Shown: positions 37,923 through 50,606 of the stretch, one piece after another
Layout of the letters: each line of letters starts with the position of its first letter
Position numbering within the stretch: position 1 is the stretch's first letter
Source: Octopus vulgaris
Lineage: Eukaryota
Reading direction: 5' to 3'
DNA length: 64,000 nucleotides
NCBI GenBank assembly: GCA_951406725.2
Contig: OX597826.1
Coordinates: 27,776,001 to 27,840,000, forward strand
Notes under the pieces: generated by a model
What the model was told of the DNA's origin: nothing
Databases searched by the model: none
Seen by the model: only the letters and a program-made list of their open reading frames with translations
Position numbers and translations under genes: made by a program

Positions 37923-37925
<3 letters not shown>
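37825..37925 (+). mobile_element. SINE family B 3' fragment
   Basis: AAGTACCA...GATCGATGTAATCGACTTAAT...TAGCCCCTTGTG. Confidence 0.8.
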
Positions 37926-37965
<40 letters not shown>

Positions 37966-37968
<3 letters not shown>

Positions 37969-38503
37969 TCTCTAGTTTCAGCTCAGAGCTGGGGCCATGC
38001 TGATGCACCGCCGTTTTGCTACACTGTTGTTACTAAGAGCCTCCTCTAATATGTGGCACTTGGTGAAGAATGGAGTTTGATATAGCTATCCTCATTTGCA
38101 CCTCTTGCCGTGAGGTAGGTTCATCTGGGACTCTCGACAGGAAGAGGTCCAGCTTTAAAAATCCCTACATCTACTTTATGCAAGTTCCTCAGACTCTTTG
38201 GGAGAATATAAAAAAGCTGTGGGCCTCTGAAACCCAGGCTGTTGCAGTAACTGGTCGTGAAGTGTGATGGCGTTGCTGGGATATTTGGTACTACGCAGTG
38301 TCGTCCCGTTCTGGCGTTGATGTAGCTTTCAATGCCAAAATTTGGCATAATTCCTTCCAGGATCTTCCAGATATATATTACTGCATACCTTTCCTATCTT
38401 CTCTCCAGGGAGTGGAGTCTTAGCTGTTTCAACCTTTCCCAGTAGCTGAGCTGTTGCAAAGAGACGATTTTCTTTGTGAATCTTCTCTGGATTGCTTCAC
38501 GGT
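37966..38503 (-). pseudogene. CR1/L2-group LINE 3' end (ORF2 C-terminus and 3' UTR)
   Basis: [48 protein letters not shown]...SLGFRGPQLFYILPKSLRN is the typical E.VQRR.TK...L.Y.ERL..L.L.SLE.RR pattern after the RT domain. Confidence 0.88.
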
Positions 38504-38519
38504 CCGAAAGAGAGAGAGG

Positions 38520-38569
<50 letters not shown>

Positions 38570-38627
38570 CATATTTTTTTATATATGCATATATATATAT
38601 ATATACATACATATATATATATATATA

Positions 38628-39660
38628 CTAGCATTAAAGACCCGTCGTTGCCGGGTCATAGTGCTAGTGCATGTATATATATGTGTACATATTACATGTA
38701 CATCTATATATATATATACATCTACGCATAAAATACAAAATACAAAGTTATATCTTGATATCGCTAGTGATAACTATACACAAAATATATAACAGACTGG
38801 AATTGTTAGCCCGTCTCTTGTAATTTCGATCAATTGTATCTTGTCCTCCCTCTTGTATAGAAGTGTTGCTACAATCCAGCCTACCTCTACTTCTGGGGGT
38901 GGGTGGGGGTGCATTTAAAATTTTTTTCCAGGACGTCCTACGTCCCAGATATAAAGGTAAAAATAAAATATTTCCACTTTGCAAGTTCGAGTCGAGTACT
39001 CCCTTGCACACTCCGTTGACTCGAACCTTGCTTCTATTGTGGCGAATTTACCGCGTCTGATTAGATATCTTTCATAGTCGCACCAAGACACATTTCGAAG
39101 GTGCTTTCCTCCATGTGTTCAAATCTTCTTTTTTTCTCTACATTGTATACTTTATAGACAATAGTCTTTTCTTTAATTTAATGTTTTATTATCCATCTGG
39201 ACTATTTCATTTCTGCACGCTAATTTTATTTTTAATTTATTCCCATTCATGTGAAACCACTTATTGAAGTTCAATTCATTGATGCAATTTTATACCAATT
39301 GTTATTTTTACTTCTGTTATGTTACGATTATATTATAGTTTGATTTTAATTATTACTTACTGCATATAATTCAATTATTTTTATTATTTTTATTGTTAAA
39401 GTGAAAGTATCTGACATAAAATAGAGAAATGTTTTTGTTTCACTTTTAACACGTAATACTGAAATAGTGGAGAAGATATGATATTGCTATGGGCTCGCTC
39501 TAGGCAAGAAGTTGAACATTTTTCCCATGAAACTACATGAACCCTAAGTAAGGCATGTGTAAAATTTGAATGAAATTGGTTGTGTAGTTCTCAAGTTTTA
39601 GGGAAACACACAGACAGACAGACACACACACACACACACACATTCTCAGTTTTATATATA
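38628..39660 (-). mobile_element. Non-autonomous Helitron-like element
   Basis: The minus-strand 3' end has hairpin ACCCG-GCAACGA-CGGGT (38640-38656) 8 nt before terminal CTAG followed by T. The 5' end has TATATAAAACTGAGAATG-(TG)n-(TCTG)n and a CAATTTCATTCAAATTTTACAC motif like Lep1-type Helitrons; exact 5' end is obscured by (TA)n. Confidence 0.75.
38795..39075 (-). pseudogene. Fragment of an ORF1/gag-like gene homologous to 49012-50280
   Basis: With two frameshifts: RYLIRRGKFATIEARFESTECAREYSTRT/LQSGNILFLPLYLGRRTSWKKILNAPP/PEVEVGWIVATLL. Confidence 0.75.
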
Positions 39661-39665
39661 TATAT

Positions 39666-40795
39666 ATAAATGAAAGAACGGAGCTGAACGCCGAATTAAC
39701 AAAATTCCTTTATTTTATTTTCGGACATTGTATTATTTAAGGACAGTAATACAACTTTCAAGCTGGAATGGTCCATATTGTCTGTATCCTTTCCGTTTGA
39801 TAAAGGCATAAAATTTTGTGGCGTCTGTAATTCTGAACTTTTCCATATTTTGTTCGCCAAAGTTCCTTTAATAAATACAATGGTCGAGAAATCCTTTAGA
39901 TGCATGCACTGGCAAAAACACACCTTTCACTCATATGAATAATGGTTAATATAGATAACCTCCTTGAATTTTAATAATATAGTCCCATTTATATATCACC
40001 CCCATAGTCAATTTTTATACTCTTAAAGACCTACTAGCCAACCCATTGAGATGTGTTTTTCCTTTGTCTCTCTAACTCGCCCTCCTCTCTCTCTCTCTTT
40101 CCCTCTCTCTATCGTAAGCACAATCAAACACACAGACACAAACCTGTCACTTCACCACTGTTTTTAGCATCTACCCATCCACACACACAATCACGCACAC
40201 ACATACACACACATAGCCATTAATGCAGTTATATACATACACGCACATAGGCACTCATTCACAAAAGAAAACAACAAAATCACCATTCATTTGACCTGCA
40301 CCCTTTTACCTTCCTATTCTTAGGTCTCTCTCCTACAACCTTGTTTGAACCCTTGAACCTTCTAGAATCTTCTACATTCAACCATTTTTGACGTCACTAC
40401 TTATAACGGAATATTTTAAAGAAACACTCATTATCGCTATCGGCTCCGTGTGGGCAGGAATCTAAAAATTTTTGTGCATCTTGATGCTGACATAAGTTCC
40501 TTACTTTTCCTGATGAGAAGGCTGCATAATGCACCCCTTATTCCTTCGAAATTAGGAATATGCAGCCTTCGAAACATATGTCGAAAATAAAATAAAGGAA
40601 TTTTGTTAATTCGTCGTTCAGCTCCGTTCTTTCATTTATTTGTATTAAAAAAAACACAAATTTCCACACGATAGCACGTGATCTCTGCCCTAGGCATGTA
40701 GATTCAACCATGTTTTTCTGACGTGAATTTGCTACCCAAGTATCGGTTAACCGAATTATCCATAATAAGATAATTCATTTAACTACTCAATTATT
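39666..40795 (+). mobile_element. 5'-truncated Penelope-like element with inverted pseudo-LTR fragment
   Basis: 39666-39723 is the reverse complement of 40582-40639. 39724-39942 encodes FKDSNTTFKLEWSILSVSFPFDKGIKFCGVCNSELFHIL...INTMVEKSFRCMHWQKHTFHSYE*. Right boundary approximate. Confidence 0.85.
40505..40590 (+). ncRNA. Type I hammerhead ribozyme with intact catalytic core
   Basis: Stem I TTTTC/GAAAA; CTGATGA at 40510-40516; 12-bp stem II GAAGGCTGCATA/TATGCAGCCTTC; GAAA at 40571-40574; short palindromic stem III ACATATGT; GUC with predicted cleavage after 40582. Confidence 0.85.
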
Positions 40796-40849
40796 TATAT
40801 ATATATATATATACATATACACATATATACATATATACATACATAAATA

Positions 40850-40927
<78 letters not shown>

Positions 40928-41263
40928 CAACTTTCATTTTATAATCTTTTATAATTTAACTTGAATCAGGCATTAAATTGCGGTCATGCTGGGGCACTGG
41001 CTTGGAGGGTTTAGTCGAATAAACCCACCACAGAATTTTTATTAAAAGTCTGTCACTTGTCTCTAGAGGTCTCTCTATACGTAGGTGCGCCTGTCTACGA
41101 GCGCAATAACATGGACTCACAGGCATGCCACACACACACACACAAGATGTGTGTAGCCCGCTTGTACCCCCTTTCTTCCGCTTCTGTCTCCTCATCTTTC
41201 TTCTTCTTGGTAAAGTCCATAGAAATCAATCATATAGAGAACGATATACATACACACAAAGAC

Positions 41264-41342
<79 letters not shown>

Positions 41343-41386
41343 CATAGACACACACACACATACACACACTCATATATATATATATA

Positions 41387-41441
<55 letters not shown>

Positions 41442-41943
41442 GTACGGAAATATATGAATGTGTTTGGGTGTGTGTGTGAGTCTGTGTCTGTATCTGTGTC
41501 AGCGTGTGTACGTATATGTGTATGAAGCACACGGAAATCTTCACAACCATCCGAATCATATTTCCCTTTTCTACAAGAACAAACAGAACAACAACAACAG
41601 CAACAACACTGACCAGTTTCCACTTTAGGAAACAATTGAAAAACTTGTGAGCGCATTGTTTAAGTAAGACACAAAAGCAGTTTCGATGTTTTTGGTGGGG
41701 AAATCTTAGGCTTTACGTCCGGTATCCATTGTCTCTTCGGTAAGATGAGTCAGCTGGCTTTTTTCACCAGTTCAGTTCCATTACCAAAGAATATTTCTAA
41801 AGAATACAACACCTTAAATAATGATTGACATCGTTGACATTAGGCTTTGTTGTGAGGAACAGCCGATGCAAGACTCCATTGATACACGCTTTGTGTAAAG
41901 ATGTATATGTGTGTGTGTATTGTATAATGCATACATGGATATA

Positions 41944-42069
<126 letters not shown>

Positions 42070-42325
42070 GTATATGTATATGTATGTGTATGTATGTATG
42101 TATGTATGTATGTATGTATGTATGTATATATGGGAGTGTGTGAGAGTGTACACACATGTGTACCCATGTGTATATATGGATATATTCATGTGTATGTGTT
42201 TGAATGGATATAGGTAAATAGATAACAGGCTGATAGAAACGCCCTCTGCTAAACATACAATCATATATATAAACACGTATATATATATGTGTGTGTGTAT
42301 GTCTGTGTGTGTATTTCTGTATGTG

Positions 42326-42365
<40 letters not shown>

Positions 42366-42401
42366 AGTGTGTATATATAGATATATATATATGTATATAT
42401 G

Positions 42402-42433
<32 letters not shown>

Positions 42434-42452
42434 TACATACATACATTTTTAT

Positions 42453-42533
<81 letters not shown>

Positions 42534-43123
42534 CATAGGCAAGCATATCCATTCAGGTAGAATTCTGAGTATGTCAACTTCTCTGTATATGGGTGCATCT
42601 ATATATATATATGTGTGTGGGTGTATGCATGTATGTATGTATATAGCACGTGTAAGCATTTATATAAATAATTGCGCTTCAGTCTGTAATGTGTTTGAAG
42701 AATAGTTATGTGCATATACATAAATATACATATACATATATACACACACACATATATGGGCTTGTGGGGGGGGTACGTATGTATGTACGCGTGTCTGAAA
42801 GGCATGTTGAAGTATGGAGCGTTGTATGAACGTCTCCATGTATTGGAGCATTGCTAAAGTGACGCGCCCTCCAGTCCTTGTTGTGTAAATTCACAATATC
42901 GATCCAGATAATCGATTGTTATCGATACTACCGAGATAAGTAAAGGTAAGTTATTGACTGTCTAGCAAAATCAATCAGTTAGAATATATATATGCATGTG
43001 TGTGTGTATATACATATGTGTGTATACATGTATATATATAGATAGATGCAAACATATATATATATGTCTTCATATATATATATATACATGTATACATACA
43101 TATATTTAAATATATATATATAT

Positions 43124-43232
<109 letters not shown>

Positions 43233-43801
43233 CGTGTATATATATACACATATCGATAGAAAATCTCCAGAGATAAGACTCTGGAATTTACACATTCTTC
43301 AAGCTTTTATTTCCATTTCTGAAGTTCACACACACCGCCACCGTTACCCTCTAGCCCTCCACAGCTTCACGAACCCAATCTTCTATTTAAGAATTGTCTT
43401 CATTTCGTTTACCGTTATCTCCTCTTTCTTCCACTTCACATTATACATAAATATATATATCCGACGCCTCCGCCCCATCGCTACTTCTTTTAAGTTATCT
43501 ATCTATATCATTCTCTTCATTTTTTTGTCCCCTATTGTATCGCGTCTATTTTTCCACTTGCTCTTCCTACGCTGTCCAGCGCTCTTGTTTATCTCCAACT
43601 ATTTCTTATATCGTTTCGATTACATCGTAACGTTCTTTTCAAAAGATCATATCTATTCTATTTCAAAAGAATCTGAAGATCGAGAGACGGGAATTTGCGT
43701 TCTGTGTGGACCAAACTCTACAATATACCATGACCCCAAGATCTCACTATATAGAGTCCAAATTTATAAATTATCTACGTTGGCATTCGCTTGCGTTTGC
43801 T

Positions 43802-43834
<33 letters not shown>

Positions 43835-43973
43835 CAAAGCAACGCACACTGCACATATTTCTCATTCTTGCTTTCTTCTAGTATGTGTGATTGTGTGTGA
43901 GCGTACAGTGTGTGTAGACACGCATATATACATCGAGAGAGATATCCTCATATATCTGTTTACGTACATATAT

Positions 43974-44030
<57 letters not shown>

Positions 44031-44039
44031 TATATATAT

Positions 44040-44102
<63 letters not shown>

Positions 44103-44170
44103 TAGTATTTGGGATTATTATCAGCACCCCATATCATAGTCGACAATACATACATTAGTATGAAGTATAT

Positions 44171-44208
<38 letters not shown>

Positions 44209-44372
44209 TCACACACACATATATATATGCGCGCGTGTGTGTGTATGTGTATGTAAATATATAAATATATATATACATATGTATATGCATATATATATAC
44301 ATATATATATATGAATATATAGATATATACATATATATACATATATTTACATATACTAATATATATACGAAT

Positions 44373-44416
<44 letters not shown>

Positions 44417-44990
44417 ACATATACAAGTATACATGTATATACATAAATATTTGTTTATATATAATTATCACGAAAAACAGAAACATTATATACACTCAAT
44501 GATCATATATATATATATGCCTATATGCATAACTTAACTATCCATAAACATAAATACATACATACATACATACATACATACATACATACATACATACATA
44601 CATAAATTCATACATATACACATACATACATGCTGCATGCATACCTATTCGCACTGGTTATAAAGACGTTTCGAACGCAGCTTTTAACTAAGCGTGGTGT
44701 TTGTCTTTAACCTTTTGACTTTTTGTTATTAACAATGGAAACGGTGAACAGCATTGTCTTAGAATTCTGCGAGCTTCAACGATATCTATTTTACATTCCT
44801 GCAAGAATAAGAATTTCGGATGGACAGCCAAATCAACTCCATCGTTTCTTTAGAATGATGATATCTCGGTAAGTGTCTTTGCATCAAGGATATTGAAAAG
44901 ATTATATATATATATACATATAGTTCTGTGTTCTGTGTGTGTATATATGCATGTATGTATATATATATATAAATATATGTATACACACAG

Positions 44991-45047
<57 letters not shown>

Positions 45048-46276
45048 CACATATCTATATGTACAAAATAAATATATAGATTTATGTAGCATACATGCAC
45101 ATATGTGTGTCTGTGAGTGTGTATATCTGTGTATATGCATTTCTGTATATGTATATATTTCTAGATATTTATGTATTTATAAATATGATATAGTATGTAT
45201 AGATACCCACACACGCATGTATGCATATATAGAGAGAGAGTAGGAGGGGGAGAGGGAAACTTTGCCAGAGTGATAGATAGGCAGATAAACATATATATAT
45301 ATATATAATATATATATATCCACAGGAATAGCTGTAGATGTGTGTAAAGTGTGGAACTCAATCCGACAATATCTTTTTGATGCGACACAATTTTCCCTCA
45401 AAACCTTTCGATTTTCAATAACTTTATATTTTATGGATCAATTTTATGATAAGATTCACATAATTCCGTTAACCGCTTCTTCTGGCATCTAATGAACTTG
45501 TAGTGCAGTGAAGTATTTCGTTTCGCAACGATACATTGGTACATAGTCTTACCATATTCCAGATATAATAACCATTTCTAACATAGTCCAATGCATAGCA
45601 TGTTCGCTGAGATTCTCCGGAGTTTAATCGTCTATACTCTATGTCTATACACGATGGTAATCTCGCGTTGTCCAAGAAAGATAGCTACGCATATTCTGGC
45701 TGGACAAGATGACGAAATGATTTTTCGATAATGATGAAACGTATGTGCTGTACGTTAGCTTATTCCCGCACTCAACTCAACGTTGCCTGAACGGGTGCAC
45801 GTTGTACCAAAAGCCAGATGTCGAAGTGGCCAATGAGCAACTTGAGTTGATGTGTTTGCTCAAGAACCTCACTGCAACACCCGATTTAAAAGAACGACCT
45901 TGCGAACGTTAGTGCAACCCTCTAACCATTCGGCCATGCTTGCTGACACACATATCTTAGAGGAAAAAAGACAACAAAATCAAAGCAAGACGCGTGTTTC
46001 AAGTCATTTATAATATCTAATTAATTACATGCATATATGCATAATTAAATATTCTAAATGACTTGAGATAGTCGTCTTGTTTTGGTTTTGTCCTTTTACC
46101 TCTAATGTAGACCTGCTAACTGGAAAACCTTCTACGGATCTCTAGCTCCAGCCTTAGCGGGGAACTTAGAACCTAACAGATGACCAATTATACCACTTAC
46201 ACAGCGTACCTATTCGTTTAGATCACCAGTGAACTAAACCTCTCATATTCTTTACATATATATATATGTATTTATG

Positions 46277-46333
<57 letters not shown>

Positions 46334-46389
46334 GCATGTATGTATGTATGTATGTATGTATGTATGTATGTATGTATGTATGTATGCAT

Positions 46390-46697
46390 ACTCTTTTACT
46401 CTTTTACTTGTTTCAGTCATTTGACTGCGGCCATACTGGAGCACCGCCTTTAGTTGAGCAACTCGACCCCAGGACTTATTCTTTTTGTAAGCCCAGTACT
46501 TATTCTATCGGTCTCTCTTTGCCAAACTGCTAAGTGATGGGGACGTAAACACACCAGCATCGGTTGTCAAGCAATGCTAGGGGAACAAACACAGACACAC
46601 ACACATATATATATATATACATATATACGACAGGCTTCTTTCAGTTTCCGTCTACCAAATCCACTCACAAGGCATTGGTCGGCCCGGGGCTATAGCA
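46390..46697 (-). mobile_element. SINE family A, 5' truncated
   Basis: Matches the family A pattern. Confidence 0.88.
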
Positions 46698-46868
46698 ATA
46701 ATATATATCGAGAGGGAGAGGGAACTATGTAGGTAAGTAGATATACATACACATGCACGACACATATATGTATATATGCATGCATACATATATTTATACA
46801 CACCTACACACATACACACATACATAGATACATACATACATACATACATACATACATACATACATACA

Positions 46869-46901
<33 letters not shown>

Positions 46902-48565
46902 GCGTAGCATTTGAACAAGGATTTAGTTTGAAGGGCAATGTGTGAAATTCTGTCTGCAATTAAGAAAAATATCTGCAAAACATTTTCCAAGTCTATGATC
47001 GGTCCATAAATAGTATTGTTGAAGCCATGCACAATATCATTAGTTTTATGAGCGTTTTAAGACAAGAACACCCACAGAATTCTTTTCGGAAATAGACGAG
47101 CATTCGTAGTTATCATCGGTTGCTTTTCTGAAACTGTTTATTTTTTAACTCTTTAAATCATATCTTAATTCGGTCACCCTTCTCTCTCTGTCGTCGTGTT
47201 TTTGACTATAACCATTTTACCGAACAGTATCGTGTTTAATTTCAATTCTTTATTTCTTTATTCCTTATTTAATGTGTGGGTCATTATTTGCGGTGCATTT
47301 GCTTTTTTGTTACGTCATTCATATCCTGTTTTCCTACAGCTGTCTTCAGAAACTCATCATTTATATTTGAGATGACAAGAGATTATGTGAGAATATTCAG
47401 TAAAGGATTTGAAGTTTTGGTCATTTATTTAAATCAGTATTCCTCAACTGTTTGTTACCTATGGAATCCCTTTGATTTCTATTCTTCTCGGGTTAACACT
47501 CCTAACCATTTCATGTCCAAAAAGGCATTAGATTTTTATAATTAAATATTATTAGGAATTGTATCAACAAAATTCTTTAAATACTTTGTATATTTTAGAA
47601 GGATGACCAGTTTATTGCGGATTAACTACAAAATCTTATATGGCCCCCAAGAACCATATTGATCCCGGCTGAGAACCACTGATTTAAACAGTGGACCTTT
47701 TTAGGGGGTTAATTTATTAGTTACTATGTGTGGAAGACACCTTTGTGTTGACATTTATTTCTGCTGCTCTGCTGCAATTAGATAGGTGCTCTCTAAGCAG
47801 TTTGTAGAACACATTTCAAAACATCAATCACGTATTGAACTCATTTAGGTTCCTGGATAAAGCTATGAAACAATATAACACATTCACCCATACACTTACA
47901 ACAAATAAGAAAGCGTTGACACAAATAGAAAAATACATCAATGAAGTGAATCGTTCTCATAATATTATCATGACACTAAAAACTGATAAAACATATGTAT
48001 CACGGCAAAAAACAAAGAAAGAATTGGAATATTGTTGACGGTCATAAAACTAACTCTGTCATTTAACATTAAACAGGTATCACGGGAGTAGCGTAATACT
48101 CGTGAGTGTCTAATACAAAAATTGTTTATGCTTTGACGCTTGGTGATTTTTGCAGATTATTTCACATTTACCAGAATGTAAAACGCTAGAATCAGTGATA
48201 AGAGGGGCCAGATTTACAGGATTCGGAACATATTGCAGTTAACTAGCGAAAATTATAAATTTCAAAATATGGATGAGTTACAAACTTCACGTTGTAAAAT
48301 ATTACTTAGATCATACATACACAACAATTTCGCGGCGACTGATTTTGCAATTACAATGACATATTGCAGCACGGTATGACATGAAGATTAAAACTTTACT
48401 TGTTTGAACTTGTATCCTATAGAATTACAGAAAAATCAATTTTTTAACGATGGAGGGGGCCCCGACTTTCGTGGATCACTCCACGCGTCAAGGAGGTAAA
48501 TCCATTCACTTACGGGACCGGCTGCTATAGGCACAGGAGTGGCTGTGTGGTAAGTAGCTTGCTTA

Positions 48566-50606
48566 CCCAGAATGCGACACTAGTTGGTCTGGACTGTTAC
48601 AGTGAGAAGATGTGAGTTACGGCTCCGTGAATAGAAAAAAAGAACAAAAAGAAAAATTGTCAATTATGGCTCGCTATAGCGAGCAAGATACTGGGTTCTC
48701 ATCACCGTAGCGGTGAATTGAGAATTTTTGCTTGAAAAATTTTCTTGTAAATTCTAGTGGGCGTATCTCGCCAGAAAAATAAGAATAAGCCATTTGGATT
48801 ACCTTTTTGGGTTACCTTCTTGGATCCCCTGTCTGTGCTATTTGTGAGGTTTTTCTTTTACTTTTCCCTTCTTCTATTTTTTCTTTCTTTCTAAATTTTG
48901 GTTCATTCTTTTCAATACTTTAATTTCAGTTTCCTCCACTCCTCTTTTATTTTGTTTTATTTTTATTTGGTTTAATTTTTTGGCAGACTGTCTTTTGAAC
49001 TGTTTTTTGACATGGCAGAGAAGGAACTTAAAAAGAAAAACTCTGTCTTAGTGTGGGAAATTAACCCGCCTAAGCATTGGTTAAAAGATATGGAGGAGAA
49101 GACGATGGTACTTAGAACGTATTCTAATGTTCTTAATTCCATCACCGTCTTCCCAAAACAAGTCATAAAAAATTAACTTAAAGAACATTTGTCCTCTTTA
49201 AAATATATATCCCGTGGTGTCAAACATGCAACCGTATGGTTGCTGTTTGACAACGGGGAAAAGGCTCGCCAGTTTGCGAGTCAGCCTTTAGAAGGCAAGG
49301 ATATTCTGTTCCTTCCGTCATATTGTGGAAGAAAATTAATACGAGCCTGGTATGTGGGTTGCCCCCGGACACCGAAGCGGATTGGATTGAAGATACCATC
49401 CGACGGGGACTGGAGGATGGCGGGCCCAGGCTCTTAAATGTAAGGGTATTGCCGGATCGATTGGGAAGGGTCAAAAGCGATTTTGACCCTGTGGACCACA
49501 TCGGCCGCAACGGAACTGGTTTTTCCAGATTTATTGAAAATGGCTGGCTGCAGGTATCCGGTGATACTTGAGGGACGTCCCCCCAAGTGTTACTCGTGCC
49601 TGCAGCCAGGCCACATTAAAAGGAACTGCCCCAGGACCATGGTAAGGTCCTGGAACAGTCACTAGATTCCACCTCCCCTACCCGGTCAAAGGGAGAGGTG
49701 GATGTGGTCGAGGAGGCTTCAGCCTCCTCAACTCAAAAAAGGATTAAAAAGGAAGAAGGCGGGCAACAATAGTTGCCCGCCGAAGGAACCTAAGGCTTCG
49801 GGAGGCGGGGGAGAGTCTCCGGACAAAGTGGAAGAGCTCCACTCTCCCGATGCCAGGAAGAAAAGAAAAAAAAGAAGGAAGAAGAACGGGTAATCTCAGT
49901 GGGGAGATGATGTGCCGTCTGCATGTCCCGAAGTTGTGCCACCCACGGTGGAAGAAACCACCCCCACCCTTAAAGATGATCAATTAATTATCTTTTTCTA
50001 CAAGGGCGGGGAGGTGGAAAAAATAGTAGAACATAAAAAGACAGTAGATATGCCCTTCACACGGGATCTCGAATGGCCTCCGCAGATAGCTATGGAGGTC
50101 ATAAGGTTTCCCTTGTGGGAATGGCTTAAAGGATTTGGGGAGGAGTGTCGCATATGGCCGGGTTGCCCTTACACGACTTACATGTCCTACATGAGTGAGG
50201 CATGGGAAGTGGCGGGATACAGGAACTCAAGCGGTATTGAAGATAATGATGAATATATCGATGGATATATCGAAGAGTAGGAAGTGAAAGATCCTCGTTA
50301 CAGGGTTTGAAACCTCATCTTATTGTATTATTTGTAGTGGTTTATAACCTCAATTGTGTGTTTTAAAAAAGAAACAAAAAACATGTTAAGTAAGAGGTTT
50401 TAGTGCCTCCTTCTTGTAAGAGGTTTGAAACCTCATATTGATTTTTAAAAAAAGAAAATGTGTTTTCGAGAAAAATCCAATCAGCGGGTGTTGGGTTTCG
50501 TCTCTCATTTATTCATTCTATTTCATTTTCATTCATTAATGTGTTTGTCCAGCCCGCAAAGCTACACACTCTTTGTACCGTCTATGATGACAAATTTTAT
50601 GAAATA
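48566..50606 (+). mobile_element. ORF1-only non-autonomous retroelement (Tx1/L1-like, HAL1-type architecture)
   Basis: 14-bp TSD AAGTAGCTTGCTTA (48552-48565 / 50607-50620); about 450-nt 5' UTR; one decayed ORF; 3' UTR ending GAAATAAA; no LTR, TIR, RT or endonuclease. Confidence 0.8.
49012..50280 (+). pseudogene. Decayed ORF1/gag-like nucleic-acid-binding protein (RRM-like region, CCHC knuckle, basic patch, unknown C-terminal domain)
   Basis: ATG at 49012 (MAEKELKKK), in-frame TAA at 49174, several frameshifts. EGRPPKCYSCLQPGHIKRNCP (CX2CX4HX4C at 49588-49629); RKKRKKRRKK; final segment 49912-50280. Confidence 0.82.

Noticed and set aside
45469-45675. ORF beginning MDNARLP, suggestive of an RTE C-terminus
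   Set aside because: Downstream RTE motifs were not found in the frames I checked.
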